From Eledone cirrhosa (Eukaryota): a stretch of DNA of 64,000 bases. A program made the translations under genes and the position numbers. Shown one piece after another: positions 39,457 to 53,209 of the stretch; position 1 is the stretch's first letter; each line of letters opens with the position of its first letter. The notes under the pieces are model-generated. The model did no database searches. It worked only from the letters and a program-made list of their open reading frames with translations, and was not told the DNA's origin. Location of the stretch: assembly GCA_964016885.1 (NCBI GenBank), contig OZ024743.1, positions 152,210,001 to 152,274,000 of the forward strand. The letters run 5' to 3'.

Positions 39457-40823
39457 ATATAATTTCTGGAACGTAAAGATACTTTTCCTATTATTTCAAG
39501 CGTTAAACTAATATATTTCTTCATTGTACTGTGTGGTCAGCTTTGTTGTTTCTGTTTACTTTTTGCCCATGCACACGCATATATATATACATATGCATGC
39601 CTACATGTATACATACATATGCACTTATATATAAATATATTTATATATAAATATATACATACCTATATACATGGAGGGAGCTGTAAATATAATTAAACTT
39701 CAAAAAGTTATAACATCATTTTCTTTAAGATATTTACATAATAAACTCTTTATTGGGAAGATCAAATTTGAAATCAGAAATTCTATAACTGAACACTGCA
39801 CTATGTATACTAAGAACTTAATAAGTAAGTAAATATATTTAGCAGGTGAAGACTGTTGAAAGCATACTTATGATATCAAAACTACATTCGTCTTAAATTC
39901 AATATATTTAGCCTCAAAACATCAGAAATGTAAGATATTGACAGTATGATTACTAGACATAAAAAATTCTTAGTAAATTCACAATCAGCAGAACATAAAA
40001 CTTGGTGGAATTCAGACAACTTTTGAATACTATTAACTAATCTAATTACTTAATACTCAAAATTCAAAGGTAGTTTTAAAAGTAGGAAATAATTTGTGTA
40101 CAATGAATATTCACAAGTTTGTGGAATTACCTGAGTATTTTTATCAATGCAAGAAGCCTATCACTATAAAATAGAAATGTGTTTTGTCCTATAGTCCTCA
40201 TTCTTTTCATCCAGAGAAACAAGAGTAAATAAAGGCGCACTAAATTGAGCTATTAGATATATCAATCAAATCACTATCAAATTTTATATTTGGAGTTAAT
40301 ACCTTCCTTCACAGGTTTGGAACTATGTCTTGCTATAGTGATATATAAATATGTAATTATTGAGGCTGATTTCCTAAGTGATAAAGTGCCAGAGGCTGTG
40401 TTATAGGCAACAATTGTTGAAGATGATGTACAAATCCACCAGCTTCAACACTCAATGGTCAGAGGAAGGGAGGTATGTGTAAAAGACAAACTCACTATCT
40501 TCAATTCAATATTTGTGCCAACCCCTACCTAAGGTTATGAATCTTGGGTAATGACTGAAAAATATGATTATGAATACAAATGGCAGACATGGGATTCCTC
40601 CAAAAGTCTTTGGAGTATCGTTACTCATTACTCTATAGGATGCAGACTCAGAGAGTCATTCCAGTTAGATGTAGCTTATCGAGTTCAACTTCAAAATATA
40701 TTGTATCTATATATAGTATATACACAAACATATATATATGTGTGTGTGTGTGTGTATTTGTATATATATATGTATGTGTGTATATGTGTGTGTATATGTA
40801 TTTGTATATATATATGTGTGTGC

Positions 40824-40857
<34 letters not shown>

Positions 40858-41259
40858 GTCATGGCTATTGTTGCAAATTCCACCACCCTCACCAGTAATA
40901 GATTTGACTGCTATCAATAACCCATTGATACAAAATTATCAGTCACTCATAAAGCCCATTTGTATACTTAGAATAAATGAACCCTAAAATGTATGCTTGT
41001 GTGTATGGGTACTTAATTGTGAATGTGAACCTTGCCTATTATCTGTCATTGTATTATTGTGAATATATTTAAAAATAGTTTTTTCAAAGAATCCCTGTTC
41101 TTTAAAATCCCTTGACCAAGGACCTCCAGCTATCCCCAAAATCACCACCTTCCCCAACCACCAGAATATACTAATATAACCGTTTTACAAGGGCAATCGC
41201 CTTACCTGATGATTTCTTTTGAATTAATCAGTTCTAGTCCTGTAGAAGCCATTTCTAAA

Positions 41260-41480
41260 TTAACCATTTACATTACCCTTTATATACTATTGTATTTTTG
41301 TGGTAAAGGCATTATCTCACATAATTATCTTACATAATACCAAATCCACAAAATTTGATATTATTTATTTTGAGAATAATACCTTAACATTAGTATGAGC
41401 AGCCAGTTACAGCCAGTTTGAACAGAAAGAAGTGAGAGAATTCTAGCTGGATACAGCCACTTTAAATTCTAAAGGGTTAA
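41260..41480. mobile_element. piggyBac-type MITE (homolog of 14612-14827)
   Basis: Shared internal agtatgagc.gccagttacagcca.tttgaacagaaaga.gtgagagaattct; TTAA ends. Confidence 0.75.
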
Positions 41481-41553
41481 ACATGTTTATACACTATTAA
41501 TGTATTGAGTACGGTACTTTACTTACTGTGGTTACCTGCGTATGAACCCTAGA

Positions 41554-41601
<48 letters not shown>

Positions 41602-41984
41602 CATCATCGTTTGATCTCCATTTACTAGAGTCACACTCTATTATCCAAAGTATTGAGTACTCTATTGAATAATGGTTTAACTAGTTTAATACTGATTTAA
41701 TCCTGATATATATATACATATAAAAATGAGAAAATGCATCACTAGAACAGCCATTAAAACAGCTACCGTAAATGCTGGCAAAGACAGCGATGGGCAAAAA
41801 TGCCTCAGAAGACAGTGACCAGTGGTCAACAGAGAGACAATCAACAAGGCAGATGAAATATAGAAAAGATTGAAAGAAGAAGAGGAAAAGGAGAAGTGGG
41901 TTGGCGCATGTAAGTGACTAGAAGAAGGAAATACAGAAAGGCGATGTTGAAGACAAGTTTACACACACACACCTTCACCCTCAT

Positions 41985-42808
41985 CAGCTCTGGTATGGGT
42001 CTGTCGTATGGCTCCCTGCAGTTAATCCTAACATCTGAAGTGAACATGCAGTATGTTGCTTCCAAATTTATCCCCTGCCTGCTGACCACTGAACAGAAAG
42101 AACATTGCGTCGAAGTCTGTCAAGATCTCTGTCAGCGTTTTAACATGGCATTCTGGATGTCAATTTGGATGTCATGTTGAGGATTATCTCTGGTGATGAG
42201 AGTTGAGTCTGTGGGTACGACTCTGAGATGAAGCAGCAGTCGGCACAGTGAAAAAGTCCTTCATCTCTTTGACCAAAGAAGGCATGGCAGAGCCACAGCA
42301 CAATCAAGATCATGTTCATTGTTTCTTTTGACATCCGCATATTGTGTATTGAGAATTCGTCCCCCAAGGCAAGACCGTCAATCGAGCATTCTACTGCAAC
42401 GTTTTGAGGCATTTGCGGGAGGTCGTTCGGTGAAAGTGACTGGATCTGTAGAATGTAAAGAAACGGATTCTTCATGATGATAATGCACCTTGTTACCGAG
42501 CTCTCCTCTTTTGAGAGTTTCTCAGCAAAAACATTGTATCGCTTCTGCACCTGCCCTATTTGTCAGATTTAGCAGCTCCAGACTTCCGTGTCTTCTCCAA
42601 GCTGAATCTGCAGCTCAAAGGTCATGGTTTTAACACCATTGCTGAGATCCAGAGTGAATCGCAGAAGGTCCTCAACTTGCTTATAGAAAACGACTTCCAG
42701 GCCAGATTCCCAAACTGGCAGAAATCCTTTGACTGATTATTTCGAAGGAGATGATGATAATCTATTTTAAACATAATTAGTCTGAGAAACTTTTGATACT
42801 ACCTCATA
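41985..42808 (+). pseudogene. Decayed mariner transposase with right TIR
   Basis: ASKFIPCLLTTEQK (WVP-like linker), IISGDES*V.GYD.E.KQQS, HDDNAP, PYLSDLAAPDF..F.KL (YSPDLAP). Terminus ...ttttgatactacctcata. Many stops. Confidence 0.88.
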
Positions 42809-43221
42809 TATATATTCAGATGAGAGAAATAGAGATATAAATAATAGAAATATTTAAACTATACTCTACTCCATAAAAGGCACTGTGATTGAGGAGGTGA
42901 CTGAGTAATTATTGTTTGTTTTTTTAACTTTTCATATTTCTTAAAATAGAATTTCTTAGTGACATTTCAATATGAAATCTTCAGTTTGGATCTAAGTTTC
43001 CCTTTATATCCTCTGAAAGTATTGCATCTTTTATCTAAGCTAATCTTTTATAAAGAGGATTTTAGACAAATATAGAGTAATATTCTTATAAATATAGTTA
43101 GATGGAAATAAATCATTTTTTTCATTTTTGTTTGTTTTTGATTTTGATGTTAAATTTGTATATTCTACATATACCTTTTAATCTAAACTTATATCATACC
43201 ATTATTGTTATTATTGTTATT

Positions 43222-43462
43222 GCTGGCCTTGTGCCTAGTAGAAACAATTATTATTATTATTATTATTATTATTTGGATGGCAGTATCGGTAGAGGGTCGG
43301 ACGCCATGCTTTGGAGCATGGAGTTACGGCCCTTTCCATTCTGAGTTCAAATCCCGCCGAGGTTAATTTTGCCTTTCATCCTTACGGGGTCGATAAAATA
43401 AAGTACCAGTAATGCACTCGGTAATTGCTGGCCTTGTGCCAAAAGTAGAAACAATTATTATT
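43222..43462 (+). mobile_element. Family-A SINE 3' stub + near full copy, separated by (TTA)n
   Basis: gctggccttgtgcctagtagaaacaa(tta)n, then a copy starting at about 43275. Confidence 0.85.
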
Positions 43463-43464
43463 TT

Positions 43465-45625
43465 TATTGCGCATCATTACTACTTTACTGATCACAGTTC
43501 CATGCACCTTGGGTATGAGCAGTGTAGTTTTGCTGATGTTGCTTCTATTGTATTGATAGTACTTTTTGTAATATGTGTGCAGTGCCTAGTAGTGCTATTT
43601 TTTGTATGCTGTATATATTTGTAAGTCCTGGGGTTTTCGCAATGTATTTGTCTGTGTGTGTTTTTATCAATCCTAGAGCACCTATTATTATAGGTATTGT
43701 TTCTGTTTTTATTTTCCACATTCAAGTTATTTCTATCTCCAGATCTTTATATTTTGAGAGTTTCTTTATTTCCTTGGAAGGGAAGATATATTGTCATCTG
43801 TGGGGATCGATACATCTATTAGAAGGCATTTCTTTTCCTTTGTGGTCTTTGACTATTATATCTGGTCAGTTGGCCTTGATCTCTCTGTCTGTATGTATTG
43901 GTATATCCACAAAATGGTTGTTTTGTCATTCTGACACTTTGTCTGGTGTGTGTTTATACCATCATTTTTCTGTTGGTATTTCATAATGCTGGCATAATTT
44001 CCAGTGTATGAAGGTCCCAACTCTATCATGCCTGTGTATATATATAACTCTTTTTTGGCTAGTGCTGGGCCTCCAGAAACTATGTGGTTGATTGTTTCTT
44101 CCCTATCTCCACATATTCTACAGATACTAATAATACTTTGTTTCATTATGTACTTCTGGTAGTTTCTAGTAATAGACTCTGGTCCTGAGCTGCAATTAAA
44201 AATCCTTCCATCTCAGCTTTTAGTCTAGTTTTGTGTCTACTTTATCTATTTCCTTTCTATTTAGCTTTTGGGGGTATTAGCCATGTAAGGTTTTCTCTTG
44301 CCAACGTTTTAACATGGCATTCTGGATGTCAATTTTCAATTTAAGTTTTATGTCTTTCACAATTTCTATTGTTGTTTTTCCTTTGCTTTCATTTTCCTCA
44401 CAATTATCTGATAGCACAGTTTCTGATTTGAATTTTTGAGCTTCCTTGAAGGCCGAGAACAGATTTTTTTTGTTTTGTTCATGTTTCATGGCTATTTGTA
44501 TTAGCTTTCCTTTGTTTTTTATTAGGTATTTTTGTAGTCCTACAGTAGTAGGCCACTTCCTCCTTGTGTTCTTGGTAGGTATAATCTTTCTACGTCTGAT
44601 TTTTGGATTGTGTATTCTAAATTAATCATTATTTTTCTTGTTTTTCTATCTATTCCAGCTGGTTCTTTTAGTGTCCAGTTCAAAATGTTAAAGCTGTAGC
44701 TCCTTACTGGGACTGCTAAAGTGTTGACGCCAATCACCCTATTCTTTGCATTTAGTTCAGTTTTGAGTATTAACCTAACCCTTCTGTAGTATACTTTTCT
44801 AATCTTTTCTTTCAACTGTGTATGTTGAATCTTATCTAGTTCGTTGATTCCTGAGTATGTGTATGTCTGAGTTTGATCTAGTTCTCTTATTTCTGTTTCT
44901 TTATCTAATATGATATTATTGCTTTTCATTAGTTTCCCTTTCTTCAGAGTTGCATAAGCACATTTTTCTGATCCAAATTTCATACCTATTTCTTTTGTGA
45001 ATCCATGTACAGTTTGGAGCAGTGTTTGGAGTTGTTTTTCATTTGTAACATACAGCTTTAGATCATCCATATGAGATGGTTGATTTTCCCATTGTAGCAT
45101 TTATACCCAGGTCCAGTTCTGTTTAGTGTTTCAGATAGTGGTGTTAATGCTAGGCAGAAAAGGAGTGGTAATAGAGAGTCTCCTTGGAATATGCATCTCT
45201 TGATTGGGATAGGCTCTGTTTTTATTGTTTTATCTTTTGTTTGTATCAACAGAATTGTTTGCCATTTACTCATGGCATGTTTGATAAATGTTGTTATTTT
45301 TGCTGATACCCTATTCATGGCTAGTGTGTTGAGTATCCGTGCATGGGGGAACACTGTCAAATGCTTTTTGGTAATCAATCCAAGCCATGCTGAGCGTTTT
45401 TCTTTTGTTATAATTTTGCAGTTTTTGGTTATTGCTTTATTTATTAACAACTGGTCTTTGTATCCATTTGAGCCTCAGTCACATCCTTTCTGTTCTTCTG
45501 GAAGCAGGTTGTTTTTTTTCCAGATGTTTGGTTATTTTCTGTGATAGTATTGAAGTTAAAGATGTGTATGTATTAGGCAAGAAGGTGATGTGTCCGTAAT
45601 TTGGGGCGTTTGCTGTGTCATTATG
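43465..45625 (-). mobile_element. R4/Dong-like non-LTR retrotransposon (RT + CCHC + restriction-like endonuclease), 5'-truncated, disabled
   Basis: IFQGDSL.PLLFCLAL.PLS, MDDLKLY, KFG.EKC, IDRKTRK, SDVERLYLPR.QGG.GL, CRICGDREETINHIVSG (CCHC), TILW, SKYKDLEIEI, TIPIIIGALG; flanked by (TAA)n. Confidence 0.88.
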
Positions 45626-45644
45626 ATTATTATTATTATTATTA

Positions 45645-45846
45645 GGTGGGGATTGGCAGTATCTGTAGAGGGTCGGACGCCATGCTTTGATGCAAAGAGT
45701 TACGGCCCTTTCCATTCTGAGTTCAAATCCCACCGAGGTTAACTTTGCCTTTCATCCTTACGGGGTCGATAAAATAAAGTACCAGTAATACACTGGGTAA
45801 TTGCTGGCCTTGTGCCAAAAGTAGAAACAATTATTATTATTATTAT
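45645..45846 (+). mobile_element. Young family-A SINE
   Basis: Preceded and followed by (tta)n; core gcctttcatccttacggggtcgataaaataaagtaccagt. Confidence 0.9.
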
Positions 45847-47299
45847 GGGAGAAATCTATAATTTGTAGAAATTGGTGAGGGACAGCATAAGTGAAAATAA
45901 TAATAAATCCAAAGAAGAATAGTGTGTGGGCTTGTGTGTATTACGAGGTTCTGGTGTTTTAGACAAGGCACTTCTGCCTGTTCAATCAACAAATCTCTAC
46001 TAGCATTGCCAGGCTTTCTAACATGAATAATATTAACGTTTGTTATTCCTGTCTAGATGGCATAGCTTCAGACTTTACAAAGTAGAATACAAAATATCCT
46101 GAACAGCTGCTACCTCAGACACCCACTTGCAAAAGTTGAAATGTCCACTTAGAGGGTTCTGTTTTCTTGGAGCAATGGATGATTAGGCTATTCTCTCCCC
46201 ACAAGATATTTCCTGAGGAAGTACATGGGGCCTACAACCAAAGACTCCAATGGAAGTTTTACTGAGTATATACACTCCTTCAGGTCTAGAGACAGGAAAG
46301 CACCCACTGTTCTTTTTACCTGGAGAGTTTGTGACCAAGGAAAATTACCTGCTTAAAATAATCTGGTACATACCTGACAAACCCTTGTCTTATTTGCCTA
46401 GAGTACGTAACTGTCATCTTGTCTCACTGGGTGCACTGCCACTTAGATCAACAGGATCTGAAGAATCAGACATCATAAATGATGAGCTGCTAAAGTAACA
46501 ACTTCCTTAGTGAAACATATGTATTTGACAGATGAAAGAACAAAATTTTGTGTGTGTGTGTATCAGTGTAACAGCCTGGTTACATAAATATCTGCTGATA
46601 TTACGTGATTTTCTGAACATTGAGGATCTAATGCCTGCATTTGTGAAGGTATGTTGCACAGAAATTATATCAACCAGGAGTTGAGAATTTTACCTTTCTC
46701 TCTACCTAAACACCATCGCCATATCTGCTATTAACTAAGTGTGTGCTCTCTGGACAGCTGATTGCAACTGCATTACTGCAATTTGACAGATTCATTGAGT
46801 AAGCTAGACGTTGGCCAGAGTTTGTTGACTTAATACCAGCGATCTTCATTAACTTTATGATATATTATGCTCCTAGCCGTGCTGATTGGAATCTCCTGTA
46901 TAAGGTTAGAGTTTTCAATATTTTTGTTTATATTTCCTAATATTTAATTTTGAGTATTGAATGTTCAACTTTGTATCACTAATCAGCTATTATTTGCTTG
47001 TATATTATATGCATAGAACCTTGTTATGTTTATATGTATGCAACTGGCTGGTGGAGTGCTTGTTTAGCGCGAATTCCTTTGTTTTAATTCAACCACCAAA
47101 CCACATGTTTTAGTCTGCGATGGATTACTTCCTCATTTAGAGGCAGGGTGTAAAATTGACTAGAACTACTGGATTCCTTGTTCAGTGGTAACAGCTAACA
47201 CACACTGTATAGACCTATCTTATGACTTGGGAAAACCTGCTGATGAGTGTAAAGGCCCGGTTACATAAATATCTGTATATATTATGTGATTTTCTGGTT

Positions 47300-48332
47300 A
47301 AATTTTATATGTGCCAGATGCAGACGGGCAGTGGGCAGCAAAATTTCACATGAAACAAGCTTCATAAAATGCTGAAGTGGCTTCTTAGAAGCAGTTGATA
47401 GCTTCTTCTATCTGGGGTATAAAATTAACAGTGCAGGTAGGTGTTCTGGACGTACAATAATCAGAGTGAAGACTGGGTAGAAAAAATTCATGGAGTAACT
47501 ACCACTGCTGGTTACAAAGGGTTTTTCCCTAAAGGTCAAAGGCAAATTGTATGATGTGTGAGATTTGGCGTTTATGTGTGGATGACATATGAAGTTTTGA
47601 AAAAAATATGATGAGCATGCTTTGATGGATGCGAAATAGTTGTATACATGAACAAAATACCAATAAACTGAGAGAAAAAACTGTGCATAAAAGGCATCAG
47701 GTGCAGTTTGTAGAAGAGATTATGTTGGTACAGACATGAAATGTGTATGGAGGTTAACAGATATATAAAAAACACAGGTTGCTTGAAATCGAAAAAGAAT
47801 ATGGGAGAGGATGATCTAAGAAACCTTGGGATGATGTGGTGAAGGTCAATCTCACACAACTAAACTGTGTTAGATGACTGATGGTTGACATGACTGGTGA
47901 CATACTAAACTGCAGAAGACTCACCTTCTCATGCAAGCAGGATAAAATGACTATGGAGAAGATGGTCTGTACTAGCCAGTAGGGTATTGACTCTCCTACT
48001 GTCCACCTTCCCTCAACTTAAACCCAAAGAAGCAGAGAGGTGAAACATCTAGTTCTCTGCCTACCAGTTTAAACCCAATTTCTTCCACATCCAAAAACAT
48101 CTCATTAGCAACCACCTACTCATACACATCTCATCCTCTCTTCCTCGTCCAACTCATGCGAGTGAGGAAAGCTGGGGTGGACCTTCTCTGATTCACCTTC
48201 CCCAGCCAGGCCAGATTTCCCTTCTCTTCACACTCACATTTCCTGTCTACCATAGACCCAGTTCACTCTGTAAGGTGGTGGTGACCTGTCTAACCGATGC
48301 AAGCAAGGAAAATAGACATTAAACAGTGATGA
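47300..48332 (+). mobile_element. Old, highly decayed RTE 3' portion
   Basis: FICARC...LEAVDSFFYLG...KKF.E.LPLLVTKGFSLKVKGKLYD; decayed RKPWD; gat tail. Confidence 0.75.
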
Positions 48333-48462
48333 TATATACATATATAAAATTAATAGAAAGTAAAACACACTAGAAACAGATACTTACATCTAGCACCAAC
48401 TCAAGTGGGAATAAAATAGATTATAGAAATTTGAAGAGCAGTGAGCAGAGGATAGATGAATG

Positions 48463-48501
<39 letters not shown>

Positions 48502-48659
48502 AGAAAAAAATCAGAACAGAAAGAGAAATTCTGCAACCAGTAACATCATCTCATGAGAATGAGAAATGTGCACCTGTTTTATTATTTCACATCTTGAAAA
48601 TGTGATATTTTACAAAGTGATGCAAACTTCTCTAAATCAATAAGGCAGTGCAGTACAAT

Positions 48660-48662
48660 AAG

Positions 48663-48700
<38 letters not shown>

Positions 48701-48732
48701 ATGTACACACACACACACACATATATATATAT

Positions 48733-48797
<65 letters not shown>

Positions 48798-48899
48798 TAT
48801 TTATATTTATATATATATATATACACACACACATATAAATCAATAAGGCAGTGTGCAGTACAATAAGATATATATATATATATGTGTGTGTGTGTATGT

Positions 48900-48946
<47 letters not shown>

Positions 48947-49172
48947 TATATATATATATACACAAACACACATATTTATATATATATGTACACACACACA
49001 TATTTATATATATATACACGCACATATATATATATACACATGCACACACACACATATATATATATATACACACACATATATATATATATATATATACACA
49101 CACATATTTATATATACACACACACGCACACACACATATATATATACACGTGCACACACACACATATATATA
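48660..49172. repeat. Compound (CA)n/(TA)n microsatellite
   Basis: Seen directly. Confidence 0.92.
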
Positions 49173-49550
49173 TCATCATCATCGTTTAAGGTCCATCTTC
49201 CACGCTAGCATGGCTTAGACGGTTTTGTTCCATTTGATCCAAGATTGGTCGGGAGACCGTGTTTCGCTCGTACAGAAGTGTCTTTGGCAGGTTTTCTACG
49301 GCTAGATACTCTTCCTAACACCAACCACATTTACAGTGTAGACTGGGAGCCTTTTTACCGTGTTTCCTACATAATCACTTTACAGTGTGGACTGAGTGCT
49401 TTTTGTTGCATCACTGACACAGTGGGAGGATGGGTAGGGTGTATGGGATGGGGTGTATATTGGGTTAAGACGTGCCTACTAACTGTAGGCTTATATGCAA
49501 AGGGAAGGTGGGTCTTCTGTACAACTGCATGTCGCCAAAGATCTCGATCC
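49173..49550 (-). mobile_element. RTE 3' fragment head-to-head with the long copy
   Basis: DRDLWRHAVVQKT ORF end, 3' UTR, (cat)n at 49173. Confidence 0.88.
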
Positions 49551-52500
49551 ACATTTTGTCACACATTTTTTCGATATGATGGATGGACTATGGAATTCTG
49601 GAGAGTCTGAAAAAATCTGGACACTCAGTGACAATGCCAAAGATAAAGACAAATTCACCTCATGCTGCCGGACGAGAATACAAGGACTCCTCCTCTTTAT
49701 TTAGGTCGCGGACAGCTAACATAGCCCCATCCCCCTCACCCCTCCCTGCACCCTGTCCTTTCCACCCACCAAACGCAATCCAAAACTTCAGAGTTGGTAC
49801 CATGAATGTAGGCACCTTAAAAGGTCGCTCTAACGAGGTTGTAGAGATGCTTAAACGTAAGGAGGTTGATGTTTGCTGTATTCAAGAGACCAGGTGGAGG
49901 GGTGGGTCTTCCAGATTCATTGTGGGTAAAAAAGGATGCTATAAGCTTTTCTGGGTTGGAAATGACAATGGGCTGGGTGGGGTAGGAATCATGCTAGCAG
50001 AAAAATGTGTAGATAAGATAATAGACGTAAATAGTGTGAACGACAGAATAATTAAAATAAAACTTGTCCTCAATAGAACTACTGTGACAATAATATCTGC
50101 GTATGCACCCCAACCCGGACTGCCTGGCATTATAAAAGACAGATTCTATGAGTCGCTAATGCTCACTATCTCCCAAATAGCCGACAGTGACTATATAATT
50201 ATTGCTGGTGACCTAAATGGTCACGTTGGACAACACTGTGACAGCTATGACGGAATCCATAGAGGTAATGAGTTTGGTACTAGAAATGAGGAAGGCTCCA
50301 GAATCCTGGAATTCTGTGACGCAAATAATCTAACTATCTGTAACACAAACTTAAAAAAACGAGACAATCACATGATCACCTATAGATCAGGGGAACACCC
50401 CAGTCAGATAGATTATATCCTTACCAGAAGACGTGACAGAGTGTCTGTTGTAAACACTAAATCCCTCCCCCATGAAGAATGCACCTCCAAACATAGCCTC
50501 ATAGTTAGCGACCTCATAGTCAGGAAGAGACGTATTCGACAGCAGAGGAGGATTATCCTTAGGAGAAAAATATGGAATTTAAAGGACCCCACAGCCAGTA
50601 ATAAATTTAAAAGCATATTAGTTGATGCTTTTGACAGTAAGGAAGAGCAATTAGAGTCATACAATATAGAGGAACAGTGGGAATTCCTGAAAGCTAACCT
50701 GCTGAAGGCGACAGATGAAATCTGTGGCTGGAGCAGACCTATAGGCAGGAGGAGAGTAACTTGGTGGTGGAACAGTAAGGTGGAGGAGTCGATCAAGGCC
50801 AAAAAGCAGGCTTGGAATGTATGGAGGGATGGGAGAAGTAGAGAACACTATCAAGTGGCCAGGAGGGAAGCTAGGAGACATGTGTACTTCGCAAGAAGGG
50901 AAGCAGAAGAAAGAAAGTTCAAGCATGTTCTACAACGTGAGGACCAAAAACGTGAGGTGTTCAGGATTGCTAGATAATGTGTCAAGGAGAACCGTGATAT
51001 TGTCGGGGAGAAGTGTGTCCATAAGGATGATGGTGTACTTGCCATCACTGAAGCTGATAAGAAGGTAGCTTGGAAGTGTCACTACGAAAGGCTACTAAAT
51101 GAGGAGAATAAATGGGAGAAAGACAGCCTCCCCCACATTGATCCAATAGAGGGACCAGCAGTGCTAGTTGAAGGTTGTATAATAATTAAGGCAATCAAAG
51201 ATATGAAGACAGGCACGGCAACTGGGCCTTTGAAAATAGTTGCTGAAATGCTGAAAGCATCTGGAACGGTGGGACACACTATGGTCACCCGGATAGTAAA
51301 CCAAATTGTACAGAATGGGGTCGTACCAAAGGACTGGTGTACCAGCATCGTCATTAACTGCTACAAGGGTAAAGGAGACGCCCTAGATAGGGGAAACTAT
51401 AGAGGCATTAAATTAATTGACCAGGTCATGAAGGTCACAGAAAAAGTAATAGCGCAACTAATCAGAGAGTGAATTGATCTAGGTTAAATGCAGTTTGGGT
51501 TTGTGTCAGGTAAAAGTACCACAGACGCTCTTTTCATTGTACGACAACTACAGGAGAAGTACCTAGCTAAAAGTAAACCCCTCTACTTAGCTTTTGTAGA
51601 CCTCAAGAAAGCCTTTGACAGAGTCCCCCGCTCCATTATCTGGTGGGCTCTTAGTAAACTAGGTGTTGATGAATGGCTTGTGAGAGCTATACAAGCCATG
51701 TATAAAGAAACAGTCAGTAAGGTTAGAATTAACAGCGAATATAGTGAAGAGTTTAGCGTAAAAGTTGGTGTTCATCAGGGCTCCGTCCTTAGCCCCCTCC
51801 TATTTATTATCGCCCTCCAAGCTATAACGGAGGAGTTCAAGACCGGCTGCCCATGGGAACTTCTATACGCAGATGATCTAACACTCATAGCCGAATCAAT
51901 GGCTCAGCTAGAGAAGAAATTCAAAACATGGAAGCATGGCCTAGAATCGAAAGGCCTTAAAGTTAACTTGTCTAAGACTAAAGTCCTAATATGTAGGAAG
52001 GAGAATAAGGCACTGGTCCCATCAGGGAAATGGCTTGCTCAGTGTGTAGGAAAAGAGTAGGCAGAAACTCCATTTTATGTCCCAAATGCAAAGTATGGGT
52101 GCATAAAAGATGTAGTGGGATCACAGGTAACTAAGAACATAGATTTTATATGTGGCCGGTGCTCTGGTACAATAAGTAGCAGCAAGTGCCCAAAGAATAC
52201 TAGCTCATTCTATTGCCCAGATGGTTCTATAAAAATAGTGGACACCTTCCGTTACCTGGGTAACAAAATCAACAGTGGTGGATGGTGGTCTGAAAGTACT
52301 GTAGCTAGAGTCCGAACGGGATGGAAAAAGTTCAGAGAGCTTATACCACTATTGGCCGCTAAAGGTTTCTCTCTAAAAATAAAAGTCAGGCTGTATGATG
52401 CCTGCATACGAACAGCGATGTTACATGGCAGTGAGATATGGGCATTGTGTGCAGAGGATCTACACAGACTGGAGAGGAACGAAGCTTGCATGCTCCGTTG

Positions 52501-53203
52501 GATGTGTAATAGTAATATACGTGAACGGCAAAGCATAAATGTACTAAGTGAGAAATTAGGAATAAGAGGGATCAGATGCTGTTTACCCGAGAGAAGACTA
52601 CGCTGGTATGGTCACGTGATGCGCATGAAAGATGACAGCTGTATAAAAAAGTGCAGGGCGATCAAAATAGACGGTGGCTACGGAGTAGGCAGACCCAGAA
52701 AAACCTGGGATGACTTGGTAAAATCCGACCTCACACACTTACACCTCTCCAAGACAATGTCACTGGACCGAGATCTTTGGCGCTACGTAGTAATACAGAA
52801 GACCCGCCTTGCCTAAGTACAAAGCGAAACCTACAGTCAGTAGGCACCCCTTAACCAAAATACATCCCCCGTCCCACTAACCCTACCCCCACCGCCATCT
52901 ACACCACCCCTTTCGATGTAAAGCTATGTTGGTACCACAACATCCAGTCCTAAACAAATGAGGTCGTGTAGGTGTCACGACAAAAAAACACACAGTCCAC
53001 GCTGTAATGTGGCCGTTTAGGTATCACGGTAAAAACCTCCCAGTCCACACTGTAAACGTGGTTGGTGTTAGGAAGGGCATCCAGCCATAGAAAACCCGCC
53101 AGACAGTCCTGAGCAAGACAACCAATCTTGCCTCAAGTGGGACAATTCCCGTCCAGACCCATGCTAGTGTGGAAAATGGACGTTACACGATGATGATGAT
53201 GAT
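49551..53203 (+). mobile_element. Near full-length RTE LINE (single APE-RT ORF), disabled
   Basis: APE motifs VGTMNV, IQETRW, AYAPQ, GDLNGHVG, SQIDYIL; RT motifs; PHD; 3' UTR; (gat)n tail. Confidence 0.96.
49583..52816 (+). pseudogene. RTE endonuclease/reverse transcriptase ORF with 3 in-frame stops and 2 compensating deletions
   Basis: ORF-track pieces 49583, 51161, 51488 and 52115 share one frame. Stops at 50975, 51470 and 51485. A 1-bp deletion near 52034 and a 5-bp deletion near 52130 relative to the 21.3-21.4 kb copy. Confidence 0.9.
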
Positions 53204-53209
53204 ATGATG

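Noticed and set aside
47231-47270. CTGATGAG hammerhead-like core
   Set aside because: No properly placed downstream GAAA or stems.
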